This document shows positions 43,405 through 52,137 of a DNA stretch of 54,124 bases, piece by piece. The stretch comes from a virus. Its lineage: Duplodnaviria > Caudoviricetes. Position 1 is the stretch's first letter. Each line of letters starts with the position of its first letter. The translations under genes were made by a program, and so were the position numbers. The notes under the pieces were generated by a model. The model was not told the DNA's origin. It did not search any database and saw nothing but the letters and a program-made list of their open reading frames with translations. The stretch lies in IMG/VR virus record IMGVR_UViG_3300037421_000099, positions 1 to 54,124 of that record; one strand, written 5' to 3'.

Positions 43405-43677
43405 TCAGGCCGCGGGCGCTTTGAACGTGTCCGGTTCGAAAGTACCGAGGAAAAGAGCCTTACCGCCGACCCGAACGTAGGCCGATCCGGCGTTGCTGTA
43501 CTGCATGACGAGCACGCGGCGCCAGCGACGATCGGCCAGCTGTAGCTCCCATGAGGTCGCGAGCCGCTTGCCGTAACCCGTGCGGGTCTGCCCACTACGC
43601 GGGGCGGGCGTGCGGCGAACCGCGATCACTTGCTTGGGATCTAGGTAATCGGGCTTGTTGGGATACTGTCCGGACAT
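43405..43677 (-). CDS. phage hypothetical protein
   Basis: GGAG-ACACACCCCC-ATG; TGYGKRL...RWRRV...YSNAGSAY. Confidence 0.65.
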   Translation of the reverse strand: MSGQYPNKPDYLDPKQVIAVRRTPAPRSGQTRTGYGKRLATSWELQLADRRWRRVLVMQYSNAGSAYVRVGGKALFLGTFEPDTFKAPAA

Positions 43678-44302
43678 GGGGGTGTGTCTCCGTTTCTGCT
43701 CTGTTGGACGGCTCCCCCCGCAGGGAATTCACCACCGGCTCACTTTTCTCAATTACAGCCCGCCTGTAACTCGGGCTCTTCAATATGTGGGCTGGAATCC
43801 CCAGGCGGCACGCCCCTCCCCCCGTACGGTGCGGGAAGTGATACGCGTCACACCGGCAGATTCCACGCTCGCGCCGTCGCCACCTCGATCGGGCCCGCTG
43901 CACTTGCGCCACATGCACGCCGGGCGGTCGCGGTGGCAATGCGCGGCGTGCGTCTCAGGCCCCACGCAACGCTTTCGGCTGCACATGTAGGTTAGACGAG
44001 CGTCCGCCGGCTCTATTCACTCGGCCGTGATTCCAGTGTGGCTGTAGCAAGCTCATCAATAGTCTAGCGCCTCGCTGGCGCGTCCACCGGTCTGGGGTAC
44101 CCGACCCCTGTACCGATCTCCGATCGCGCGTCTCGCGGGCGACAGTGCGGCGCGGAGGGCCATTGGAGCCTTCCCCGCGGCGGGCTTTCCGGCCGTTCGA
44201 GCGAAAGCGGACTCGACAATCTAATGGCAGACACGGCCTCGAAAAAGCTTGCAAAGTGTTTAAATCATTGAACTTTTCGTCTTCTGCGCTACCGGGCTCA
44301 CG

Positions 44303-44330
44303 GGTCACGATAATAGGCCTTACGTTGCAA
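44303..44330. other. dif-like 28-bp tyrosine recombinase site
   Basis: GGTCACGATAA-TAGGCC-TTACGTTGCAA versus E. coli dif GGTGCGCATAA-TGTATA-TTATGTTAAAT. Confidence 0.6.
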
Positions 44331-44335
44331 GGGCC

Positions 44336-45439
44336 ATGAATGCCGCTGAAAGCACCGATCTGGCGCCCTCTCCTGCAGCCGAAACGCCATCCGCTGCAGG
44401 AGACGAAAGCACCGCACTGGCGATCGTCGAGCCGGTATCGCCGGGGAGGGAGGCGATCGTCGCGTTTCGACGAGGAGACGAGCCATCGCCTGACGTTGGG
44501 CGACGTGCCGTCACTGTTTACCTAGAGACGCTGCGCAGCGATGAGAGCCGTGCGACAGTGCGTGCCTGCCTAAAACGCGTCGCGACGGCCTTGGACCGCG
44601 ACACGTCGGAGTGGGAGACGCTCCCATGGCACATGCTCACCGCCGACGGAGGGACGCGAGCGCGAGCCGCGCTGCTCGAGACGTATGGACCCACGACGGC
44701 GCGCACGACGCTCAGCATCCTGCGGAGCGTGCTTCGGACCGCTTGGCGCCTTGGCCAGATCGACGGCGACCGCTTCGAACGGGTGACGTCGTGGGGCCCC
44801 GTGAAGGGTGAGAGTCCGATCCGCGGCCGGGAGCTCTCGAAGGAAGAGATCGGCCAGCTGCGCGCCTGGTGCGACCGACAACCGGCCTTCTATGGCGCGC
44901 TGGCCTGGGGGATGATCGCGAGCGCCCTCGGCGCCGGCCTCCGACGCATCGAGATTGTTCGCCTACGGGTGGCCGACCTCGCGGACGACTCGCGGCACCT
45001 ACTCATCCACGGCAAGGGGTCCAAAGTCGTCGTGCACCCGATCGATGCGTGGGTCGGCGCGAGCCTGGAGAGCTGGATCGCGCAGCGCTCGCGCGTCCCC
45101 TTCGCGCACTCGGCGATGTTCTCCTACGCGACTCCCCAGCGCGTGCGTCAGGCGCAGATCTCCAAGTGGCAGGTGTGGAAGCTCCTGCAGGAGGTCGGCG
45201 ACGGAGCGAAGCTTGCGCACTTCACGCCGCACGACCTTCGGCGCACGTACGTGACGGCGTTCCTGCGTAAGCGCGGCGACCTGTCGATGGCGAAGAACCT
45301 CGCGCGTCACGCCAACGAGGCGACGACGGCCCGGTACGACATGCGGAAGAAGGAAGAGATCGCGGAAGCGGCCGAGGTCGTAGGGGCTGAGTGGTTTGGC
45401 GAAGCTAGTTCGTCGGATCGCCGTCGACCTGGATCGTGA
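44336..45439 (+). CDS. tyrosine recombinase (integrase/resolvase)
   Basis: GLRRIE, HGKG, HDLRRT, RHAN..TTARY catalytic residues. Confidence 0.92.
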   Translation: MNAAESTDLAPSPAAETPSAAGDESTALAIVEPVSPGREAIVAFRRGDEPSPDVGRRAVTVYLETLRSDESRATVRACLKRVATALDRDTSEWETLPWHMLTADGGTRARAALLETYGPTTARTTLSILRSVLRTAWRLGQIDGDRFERVTSWGPVKGESPIRGRELSKEEIGQLRAWCDRQPAFYGALAWGMIASALGAGLRRIEIVRLRVADLADDSRHLLIHGKGSKVVVHPIDAWVGASLESWIAQRSRVPFAHSAMFSYATPQRVRQAQISKWQVWKLLQEVGDGAKLAHFTPHDLRRTYVTAFLRKRGDLSMAKNLARHANEATTARYDMRKKEEIAEAAEVVGAEWFGEASSSDRRRPGS

Positions 45440-45722
45440 ACTCCGCGTCGTACGGAAGCTCGAAACGGCCTCGCATGGTCGCGAACGCTAGCTGCGCACC
45501 ATCGACCGGCGAGGTGCACGGCTGCAGCACGATCCCGAGCGCCGGCACGTCGAAGAGAAGCTCTCCCGTCTTAGGCTTGTAGCGTCGGATGTACTGCACG
45601 AAGCGTTTGGTCAGCGGCTCTTCGACCACGACGAACGGCCGGCGCTCGAGATCGCTCGTCATGAGCTCTTCGAGGATTGGTACGAGGCGCTTCTCGAGAT
45701 CGGCGAGCGTGCAGCGGATCAT
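45405..45722 (-). CDS. hypothetical protein
   Basis: Last gene of the minus-strand operon. Confidence 0.55.
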   Translation of the reverse strand: MIRCTLADLEKRLVPILEELMTSDLERRPFVVVEEPLTKRFVQYIRRYKPKTGELLFDVPALGIVLQPCTSPVDGAQLAFATMRGRFELPYDAEFTIQVDGDPTN

Positions 45723-45895
45723 CGTCGCTCCAGAGTGTATCCCATCTTCGCCAGCTCATCGAAGATGACCATCACGGCAACCTGTCCGTCCGTCGGAGGG
45801 TCTTTCGGGTCTCGCGGCTCTTTCAGTTTTTGATCGACAGCCTGCGCGAGTCTACGCGCAAGAATCCTTGCACCTGCTTCGAACGCAGCGCTCAT
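45719..45895 (-). CDS. small hypothetical protein
   Basis: ATGA coupling on both sides. Confidence 0.45.
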   Translation of the reverse strand: MSAAFEAGARILARRLAQAVDQKLKEPRDPKDPPTDGQVAVMVIFDELAKMGYTLERR

Positions 45896-46617
45896 CGCCC
45901 CACCATCTTCTCATGCGCCGCATCCACGTACGACGTCGCAAACCACTTCGGGACAGGCTCCGACGGAAGGATGCTGCTCGGGCTCGGGCGCTGCACGAAG
46001 AAGCGCGGCGAGGTCACGTAGAAGCGCATCCCTTTGGCGAGAACGGGCAGGATCGTGCAGTCGATCGCGAGCGGCCAGTCGTTCGTTGGGTAGAGGCACT
46101 GAAAGTCCCAATCGAGGGCCGCTGCGGATCGCTTGTTGAGGACGTACGCGTGCATCCCGAGCATGCCGGCTGTGCGCACGACGTGCGGCGCGACCAGGCC
46201 GAAAGGCTTCTTCTGGTAGCCGCCGCCGAGGAAGATCATGTCCCAGTCGGGAGGGATCTCGCGGTAGACGAGATCGAAGCGCTGCGAGAGGTCCCCTTGC
46301 AGGGAGGAGAAGATCCGCATCTCGTCAGAGGTCGGCGCGTAGCCGGCGCGCACGAGCGACTCAGCGTCCACCATCAGAAAGTCGTCTTCCAGGACCAGGA
46401 CGACGTTGCCGAACTCGCCCCCGGCGATGCGCTTCCAGACGCTCGTGTGCGTGATGGCGGCTCCGCGGTGGCCTTCGCGGTGGGGCGTCGCTGAGATGCG
46501 TTGAAGCTTCGTGATTCCAAGGCGCAAAGCCTCGCTGCAGGCGCTTGCCCACCTGTCAGGGCGATCGTCGAGGTTGAGGCAGAGGATCGAGTCGAAGTGG
46601 TCCTGGAACGGGATCAT
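45892..46617 (-). CDS. glycosyltransferase family 25-like
   Basis: LNLDDRPDRW, H...W, LVLEDD, WDMIFLG, HAYVL, ID. Confidence 0.85.
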   Translation of the reverse strand: MIPFQDHFDSILCLNLDDRPDRWASACSEALRLGITKLQRISATPHREGHRGAAITHTSVWKRIAGGEFGNVVLVLEDDFLMVDAESLVRAGYAPTSDEMRIFSSLQGDLSQRFDLVYREIPPDWDMIFLGGGYQKKPFGLVAPHVVRTAGMLGMHAYVLNKRSAAALDWDFQCLYPTNDWPLAIDCTILPVLAKGMRFYVTSPRFFVQRPSPSSILPSEPVPKWFATSYVDAAHEKMVGR

Positions 46618-46994
46618 GCTTTCGCTCGGATGACGCGCGGTTTGCCGCATCCCCAGCACTGCGCACGTGTGATCACGTTTGCGAGCTCTTCGCCTTGAGG
46701 ATGGTTGCGGCAGTACCAGTAGTCACTCTCGCGAGTCCAATCCGGCATCGCTGTCGCGTAGACCTCTTCTTGCGTCGGTGAATCGGTACCTGGCGTCTTG
46801 GCCTTGCCGTCGACACGTAGACCGCGCTTGTGTCGGTCGATCGCGGTCTCCATGCACTTCGAGCTGCACGCGATAGCTCCGATCGGAATCGAGCCAGCCA
46901 GGTAAGCCCACCCCGGAACGTTCTCGCCGCCAGGATGCTTCTTGCCGCACACGATGCACGCATTCGGTGCCAACTCGAGCTCAGGACCAGGCAT
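46614..46994 (-). CDS. Cys-rich hypothetical protein
   Basis: CIVCG, CSSKC, CWGCG. Confidence 0.5.
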   Translation of the reverse strand: MPGPELELAPNACIVCGKKHPGGENVPGWAYLAGSIPIGAIACSSKCMETAIDRHKRGLRVDGKAKTPGTDSPTQEEVYATAMPDWTRESDYWYCRNHPQGEELANVITRAQCWGCGKPRVIRAKA

Positions 46995-47367
46995 ACGCGA
47001 TCCTCCCCCAAACGCTCCAGAGCCAGCAGCGCCAGCACGAGCGGCTTTCGATCAAAGCGCGCGTGTAGCGCGGACCGTCGGCGAACTCGCCCGGTCTGTA
47101 CTCGTGCTCTTTGCACTTCCTCGGCGTCATGAGGACCTCTTCGCTTGCGGCGACTGCTTCCCAGTCGTCACGTCGTCGCCGTACTGATCGGTGAACGGTT
47201 GGGCCTCCGCTAGAAGCTCCGGCGCGACGTTGGCCACCGGGATCGTGGCCCACTTGTCGAGGCAGACCTCTTGCGAGCAGCACGGAGGCCCGTATTTCTG
47301 CGTGCGCGTGTAGAGCGTCGGCGGCATGCTCGTGAGAGCTCCGCAGTACGCGCACGGGTAGTGCTTA

Positions 47368-47529
47368 TCAGCCAAAGTGAATCGCCTTCCCACCGACCCA
47401 GTAGACGAGCCAGAAGAGACCCACGAAGAACGCGAGCTCACCCATGCGAGCAAGCTTCGGGTTCGCAGAGAGCGCGAAGAGTAGCGCGCCAGCGACGCAC
47501 ACGACCAGGGGAGCGACGACGGTTGCCAT
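47368..47529 (-). CDS. small two-TM membrane protein
   Basis: Hand translation MATVVAPLVVCVAGALLFALSANPKLARMGELAFFVGLFWLVYWVGG. Confidence 0.55.
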   Translation of the reverse strand: MATVVAPLVVCVAGALLFALSANPKLARMGELAFFVGLFWLVYWVGGKAIHFG

Positions 47530-47550
47530 GACCCTGATCGTGCGCCTCGG

Positions 47551-48297
47551 TCAGGCCTCGGGCAAGCTGCGTACGTACTTCTCGTGTCCTGGAAGCGTAA
47601 GGAACAGCGCGAGCTCGAGAAGCTCTTCGGAAGCAGGCACCGACCAGTCGTGCACGCACACGGGTCGCCCCTCAGTCACGTCGTAGACGCTGCGCCCGCC
47701 GGTCTCCCTGGTGAGTGGAGAGTGCCGGCTGACGAGCATGTACCGATGCCCCGTGTCGGCACCTTGAACGACGAAGCCTTGCGTGGTCTCGAAGTCCATG
47801 AGCTGCCGAGGAGTGAGAAACTCGCGGAGCACACGCGTCGCGCGGATCTCGGCGCGTTCGAACTCGGGCACCGGGCAGCCGATCGTCGGCTGCGCGACCG
47901 TGACGGCGGCCTTCGCTTTCTCGAGCAGGCCGCTACGTGCCGCCCCCTCTTCGCTGCGGTGGACCTCTTCGATCTTGCCGCCCGAGAAGACGACTGCCGA
48001 CAGAAGCTTGCGCCCACGCTTCATCGCCTTGGCGATCGTGTTCTCGACCTTGGCGATCGGAGCAGCGATCGTCACGGTGGCCTTGTCGAGCGGCCGACCG
48101 TCTTTGAACGCCGCGTCGAGCGTACCCATGCCGTAGTTCGCGAACTTGTCGGGCAGCACCGTAAGCGCTCGCCGCTCACCCTCCGTGAGATTCTTCCACT
48201 CCACTGACGTCGTTTCCCCCTGCGCCGTCAGGCGGATGTCCCCGTAGAACGTCGGGAGGTACCACGCCGGGCCCGTGCTTGTCTGCGAATGCTGCAT
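47551..48297 (-). CDS. hypothetical protein
   Basis: GGAGG RBS; good codon usage. Confidence 0.65.
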   Translation of the reverse strand: MQHSQTSTGPAWYLPTFYGDIRLTAQGETTSVEWKNLTEGERRALTVLPDKFANYGMGTLDAAFKDGRPLDKATVTIAAPIAKVENTIAKAMKRGRKLLSAVVFSGGKIEEVHRSEEGAARSGLLEKAKAAVTVAQPTIGCPVPEFERAEIRATRVLREFLTPRQLMDFETTQGFVVQGADTGHRYMLVSRHSPLTRETGGRSVYDVTEGRPVCVHDWSVPASEELLELALFLTLPGHEKYVRSLPEA

Positions 48298-49132
48298 TGT
48301 CGGCCTCCAATCGTTTCAAAAGAAGATCGAGACGGCGATCGAGCTGCGGAGTCGATGTGTTGTTCTGCTGCATCGTCCGGATCATCTCGATATCGCCCAT
48401 CATGAGCGAATGCGACATGCGCGCTTCGGTCGCTTCGTTCTTCGCTTCCGCTGCTTTGCTCTGACCCTGCAGTACCATCATGAGCTCGCGCATCATGTTG
48501 GCGAAGTCATTGTCTCCGGCGGCGGGAGGGGCTCCGCCACCGAGAAACGCCCCCATGGGGCCGAGCGGGTGTCCACCGAAGATCGGCGCTGCACCTCGCC
48601 GTACCGCGACGTCCGCGATGCTGTCGGCGAACATCCTTTGCAGCTGCGAAGCGATGCTGGACAGCTCGCCCGCGATGGCGAAGCGCGCCGGTCCGTCTGA
48701 CGCGAGCTGGCTCATGATGAGGTCGCGCAAGCCCCCCAGGACTCGCGACGTCGGAGGCTCTTCGTGTGTCAGCGCCGTCGAGCTGGAGCGAACGTGCTCC
48801 ATTTCGAGCCCATGGATCGGCTCTTCGAGAGGCGCCATGCAGACGACGATCGACTGCGCGAGTTGCGCCCCGTTGGGCACCATCGGAAAGACCTGCAGCC
48901 TCTTCGAGGCTGGCACCGAGGCAATCGCGAGCTTGTAGCCCTCTGGTAGGTTCACGAGAATCGTGTGATCAGCGCCGAGCGAAACGGCGAACGTCCCTCC
49001 CTCACCCCGAAGCGCCTCGAGCTCCGCAAGGCGCTCCGGATTCGGAGGCGGCGCCGGAGCTGGAATGGTTTCGCCGCTCGTCTCTGGGGGGCGGTTGAAG
49101 AATCGCCTCACGTTAGCGTCGGCCGTTCTCAC
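48176..49132 (-). CDS. hypothetical protein
   Basis: 318 aa, GTGA-coupled. Confidence 0.6.
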   Translation of the reverse strand: MRTADANVRRFFNRPPETSGETIPAPAPPPNPERLAELEALRGEGGTFAVSLGADHTILVNLPEGYKLAIASVPASKRLQVFPMVPNGAQLAQSIVVCMAPLEEPIHGLEMEHVRSSSTALTHEEPPTSRVLGGLRDLIMSQLASDGPARFAIAGELSSIASQLQRMFADSIADVAVRRGAAPIFGGHPLGPMGAFLGGGAPPAAGDNDFANMMRELMMVLQGQSKAAEAKNEATEARMSHSLMMGDIEMIRTMQQNNTSTPQLDRRLDLLLKRLEADNAAFADKHGPGVVPPDVLRGHPPDGAGGNDVSGVEESHGG

Positions 49133-49365
49133 GGCTCGTCCCGATCGTCGTCGTCAGCGGTGTACGGCCGCGCCGGCTGCACGTCGCGGATGCGCGTACG
49201 GACTTTCTTACGCGTCCCCTCCACCCGGCGGACTCCCTCCCGGAGAACACCCCCGACGTCGGAAAGCGCGCTGTCCAGGCCCGTGAGAGCGGCCTTCAGA
49301 CCTACGCGGCCTAGGTCTTTGAGCAGGCCGAGGCCAAGTTTCTCGAGTTCCGGATCGATGGGCAT
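49129..49365 (-). CDS. hypothetical protein
   Basis: AAGGAG RBS. Confidence 0.6.
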   Translation of the reverse strand: MPIDPELEKLGLGLLKDLGRVGLKAALTGLDSALSDVGGVLREGVRRVEGTRKKVRTRIRDVQPARPYTADDDDRDEP

Positions 49366-49399
49366 GGGACTCTCCTTTCTTGAGTCTGACTCCGCAGAG

Positions 49400-50098
49400 C
49401 TAGAGCCGCACGCCCCTGCGATACGTGCGTGAGTTCCAGTGCTGTTTACGCGCCAGCCTCAACGGGTGTACCTCGCCCTGCACCTGCGCTTCACCGCCTC
49501 CGCTTTGGCGCTTGATCTGATAGCCCCCATACATCGTCTGGAACGGACCCGCGGCGTCGGGTTGACCGATCGATCCGAGGAACGTGTACGGACCCGGTGA
49601 TCCGGGTGAGAAGAACGCCGGTAGAACGAACGCGCTCACGGCGATGCTGTCGATGGGATAGCTCCGCGCCTCGTCAGCATCGCAGGTCTCATTCGCGTAC
49701 TCGTTACCCTGTCCGTCGTCGCGCCACTCGTTGCACGCTGCGTCACCCGCGATCTCGCAGAGCTCGTGCGTAATACCGATCGATACGTCAGTGAGCGTGT
49801 TGCATGTCGAGAGCGCGAGCAGTGCGAACGGAACCGCAGTGCCGGTGCGATCGTGATAGGCGACGGCTCCTGGCGCCTCAGGAAGCGTGTCGACGAGCGA
49901 GTAAACGATCTCACCCGGAGCGATGTCCGTTGGATCCGAACCCACGCGAACGGAGTAGGAGCCGCCCCATGCGGGGGCGACGTCACGATTGAGCTGAATG
50001 GTTGCCGCCGCTGCAACGGCAGCGAGCCATTCCGGCGTGATGCTCGCCGCGATGGGTGAGGCGTCTGTACCCTCGTTGAGTAGAACGACGGTGACCAT
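49400..50098 (-). CDS. zincin-like metallopeptidase
   Basis: AYH, THELCEIAGD, ETCD. Confidence 0.65.
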   Translation of the reverse strand: MVTVVLLNEGTDASPIAASITPEWLAAVAAAATIQLNRDVAPAWGGSYSVRVGSDPTDIAPGEIVYSLVDTLPEAPGAVAYHDRTGTAVPFALLALSTCNTLTDVSIGITHELCEIAGDAACNEWRDDGQGNEYANETCDADEARSYPIDSIAVSAFVLPAFFSPGSPGPYTFLGSIGQPDAAGPFQTMYGGYQIKRQSGGGEAQVQGEVHPLRLARKQHWNSRTYRRGVRL

Positions 50099-50427
50099 CA
50101 CTTGCCCCCGTCCGGCCGAACGACGTAGCCCTCGACGACCATCGCTTTGCGATGCGCACCGAGTAGGCCTGTAGCTTGCGCAGCGGTCACTCCGCACTTG
50201 ATCGTGGTGTCGACGATGGCGGCCGTCTCGGCCTCTCCCCTCGCGATGTCGGCGGAGTACGTAGTCAGGATGCACTCGGCGGCGTTCAAGCCGACGACGA
50301 CATCGGTAGCGGTTTGCGGAGGGATACCGCCGCCAGGCGTGCACGCGTAGTGCGGCATGAGCAGGCAGACAACGACCGCAGCTGCAGACACGAGGCCCGT
50401 AAAGGCCCCGGGGAACATTCTTCTCAT
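50098..50427 (-). CDS. lipoprotein-like protein
   Basis: Hydrophobic N-terminus, then HYAC. Confidence 0.5.
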   Translation of the reverse strand: MRRMFPGAFTGLVSAAAVVVCLLMPHYACTPGGGIPPQTATDVVVGLNAAECILTTYSADIARGEAETAAIVDTTIKCGVTAAQATGLLGAHRKAMVVEGYVVRPDGGK

Positions 50428-50432
50428 GGTCT

Positions 50433-50699
50433 TTATTGAACCTCTGGTGGTGTGTGGATGGCCAACGATCCAGGCGGCAGCTTCGCTCGCTCTTCGTCGG
50501 ATATGACTTCGATGCTCTCGTATTGCGGGTAATAGCAGCACGCTTCGGTGCCGCATCGATTCGGACATGTGACGTGGAAGTGACCGACTTTGCCCAAGCG
50601 ATCCAGCTTCAGGCATGCGAAGCCGCCCTGCTCCGGGATCGGTACCTCGATCCATAGTTTGCCGCACTTTGCGCACCGGATCGCGAACGTCGCTTTCAC
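50433..50699 (-). CDS. Cys-rich hypothetical protein
   Basis: AGGAG RBS; CAKC, CPNRC. Confidence 0.5.
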   Translation of the reverse strand: MKATFAIRCAKCGKLWIEVPIPEQGGFACLKLDRLGKVGHFHVTCPNRCGTEACCYYPQYESIEVISDEERAKLPPGSLAIHTPPEVQ

Positions 50700-50709
50700 T
50701 TCTGAACTC

Positions 50710-51240
50710 CTACTGAGCTGCTTCGTCCTCCACCGCGCCAAGAACATCGAAGTCGTGCGCGATGAGTAGCCCTCGCCACTCTGTCGAGGCGACCTCGTAT
50801 ACGTGCCGCACAATCACGCGGTCGCCGACCTTCGAGACCATGGGTTCGTTCACGCCGATGCCGCCGCGACCCTTGTAGACGCGCGAAGTGGCTCGGCCGT
50901 CGAACCCTACGGCATGCGGGTTCTTGCGCATCGCTACGCCGGGTCCGACGGCGAGCACGTACCCGAGCGAGAAGTCTTTCGTACGGCGCTTGCGACCCTG
51001 GGGATCGCGCGACTGCTTCTCGACGAGAACGATGAGCGAGCTCGGCGGCTTCTCGAGATCCGCCAGCAAGACGACGTTGTCTCCGGTGGGAGAGGTCAGG
51101 GGTTGCCAGCCTCCAGGCTCGGCCTGCGCCCATTTGCGAGCGCAAGGCACGCACGCGAGGGTGTAGTCGGTGTTCCGACTCTTGAGGGCCGCGACGTGCG
51201 TGCATCCCTCGTGCTCGAAGACGCAGAGCTGACCCGTCAC
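50710..51240 (-). CDS. groES: GroES/Cpn10-like co-chaperonin with N-terminal Cys extension
   Basis: PTGDNVV, SLIVL, GYVLAVGPG, PMVSKVGDRVI, DVLGAVE. Confidence 0.75.
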   Translation of the reverse strand: MTGQLCVFEHEGCTHVAALKSRNTDYTLACVPCARKWAQAEPGGWQPLTSPTGDNVVLLADLEKPPSSLIVLVEKQSRDPQGRKRRTKDFSLGYVLAVGPGVAMRKNPHAVGFDGRATSRVYKGRGGIGVNEPMVSKVGDRVIVRHVYEVASTEWRGLLIAHDFDVLGAVEDEAAQ

Positions 51241-51590
51241 GCCGCCGCCTTTTTCGCGGCGTCGTTCGCGGCGCGCATCGCCAGAAGCTTCGCAGGAAGC
51301 GTCACGTGCGCATGGATCACAATTCCAGGCGTCGAGCTCGCGAGGAGCGCCGTGAACCCTGCCACGACGCCGTAGAAGATCGTCGCAGCGTCGAGCCGCA
51401 TCGAGGTTCCCAGGCCCGTGAAGTAGGCGACCGTGCCTCCGAGAAACGTTCCGAAGATCGTCAGGTACGGAAGCCACGGCTGGGGGATCGTCTTGATCCC
51501 CAGCAGCGAGCCGGACTGCACGCCATGGGTCACGAAGCCGAGTACGAGACTCAGTATCGTGACCACGACTACGGGAGCCGAGAGAGTCAT
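51237..51590 (-). CDS. three-TM membrane protein (holin-like)
   Basis: Three hydrophobic segments; IPQPWLPYL. Confidence 0.6.
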   Translation of the reverse strand: MTLSAPVVVVTILSLVLGFVTHGVQSGSLLGIKTIPQPWLPYLTIFGTFLGGTVAYFTGLGTSMRLDAATIFYGVVAGFTALLASSTPGIVIHAHVTLPAKLLAMRAANDAAKKAAA

Positions 51591-51826
51591 CGTCCTTCCG
51601 CCTTTCTGCGCGCGCGCGCAGCTCCACCGAGCGCACCGATACGCGCCATGTGCTCGGGTCCGTGCTTGGCAAGCATCGCTTGCGCACCACGGGTGCCAGC
51701 CTCGCTTGCCTCCTCAGAGGAGAACTCGTGAGCGAGACCTTGCGCGTGGGCGGCTTTGCCCCCCTTGCTCGCGATCGCGCGCTGCTTCTCAGGGTCCATG
51801 CCCCTGAATCCACGTTTGGATGCCAT
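51587..51826 (-). CDS. KGG-repeat stress protein (YciG/GsiB-like)
   Basis: RGFRGMDPEKQRAIASKGG...HEFSSEEASEAG; promoter TTGACA-18-TAGGTT just upstream. Confidence 0.85.
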   Translation of the reverse strand: MASKRGFRGMDPEKQRAIASKGGKAAHAQGLAHEFSSEEASEAGTRGAQAMLAKHGPEHMARIGALGGAARARRKAEGR

Positions 51827-51871
51827 CGACTGAACCTAAGGACGGACGGCTCAGTCTGTCAAGCGCGCCGA

Positions 51872-52123
51872 TCAGAGCTGCTGGTTGATCTTGCCCGGCA
51901 GAACTCCGGTGTGACGGAACCGATTCGGCAGCGCGCCGGTACCCGTCGTCGTCGTGGTCGACGGCGAAGGCGTCATCAGAACTGCAGTGGTGCCCACCGC
52001 GACTCCCGCGACAGCCGCGCCGATGCCGGCGCCTTTCCCCTTGTTGACGAGGTACCCGATGATCGAGCCGACGAGAGCTCCACCGAGACCACCCATGACG
52101 CCAGCCTGAACTTTCGGATCCAT
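51872..52123 (-). CDS. glycine-zipper membrane protein
   Basis: GGLGGALVGSIIG...GAGIGAAVAG. Confidence 0.65.
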   Translation of the reverse strand: MDPKVQAGVMGGLGGALVGSIIGYLVNKGKGAGIGAAVAGVAVGTTAVLMTPSPSTTTTTGTGALPNRFRHTGVLPGKINQQL

Positions 52124-52137
52124 CTGTTTCTGCTCTT

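Noticed and set aside
43595-43986. Gene with a CRCDAYHFPHR motif
   Set aside because: The motif looks phage-like, but start and frame are ambiguous, so no CDS was called.
38300-45439. Integron (tyrosine recombinase divergent from a gene array with hairpins; GTTAGAC at 43379 and 43991)
   Set aside because: The recombinase lacks the IntI-specific insertion, and the hairpins lack paired RYYYAAC/GTTRRRY ends in cassette orientation.
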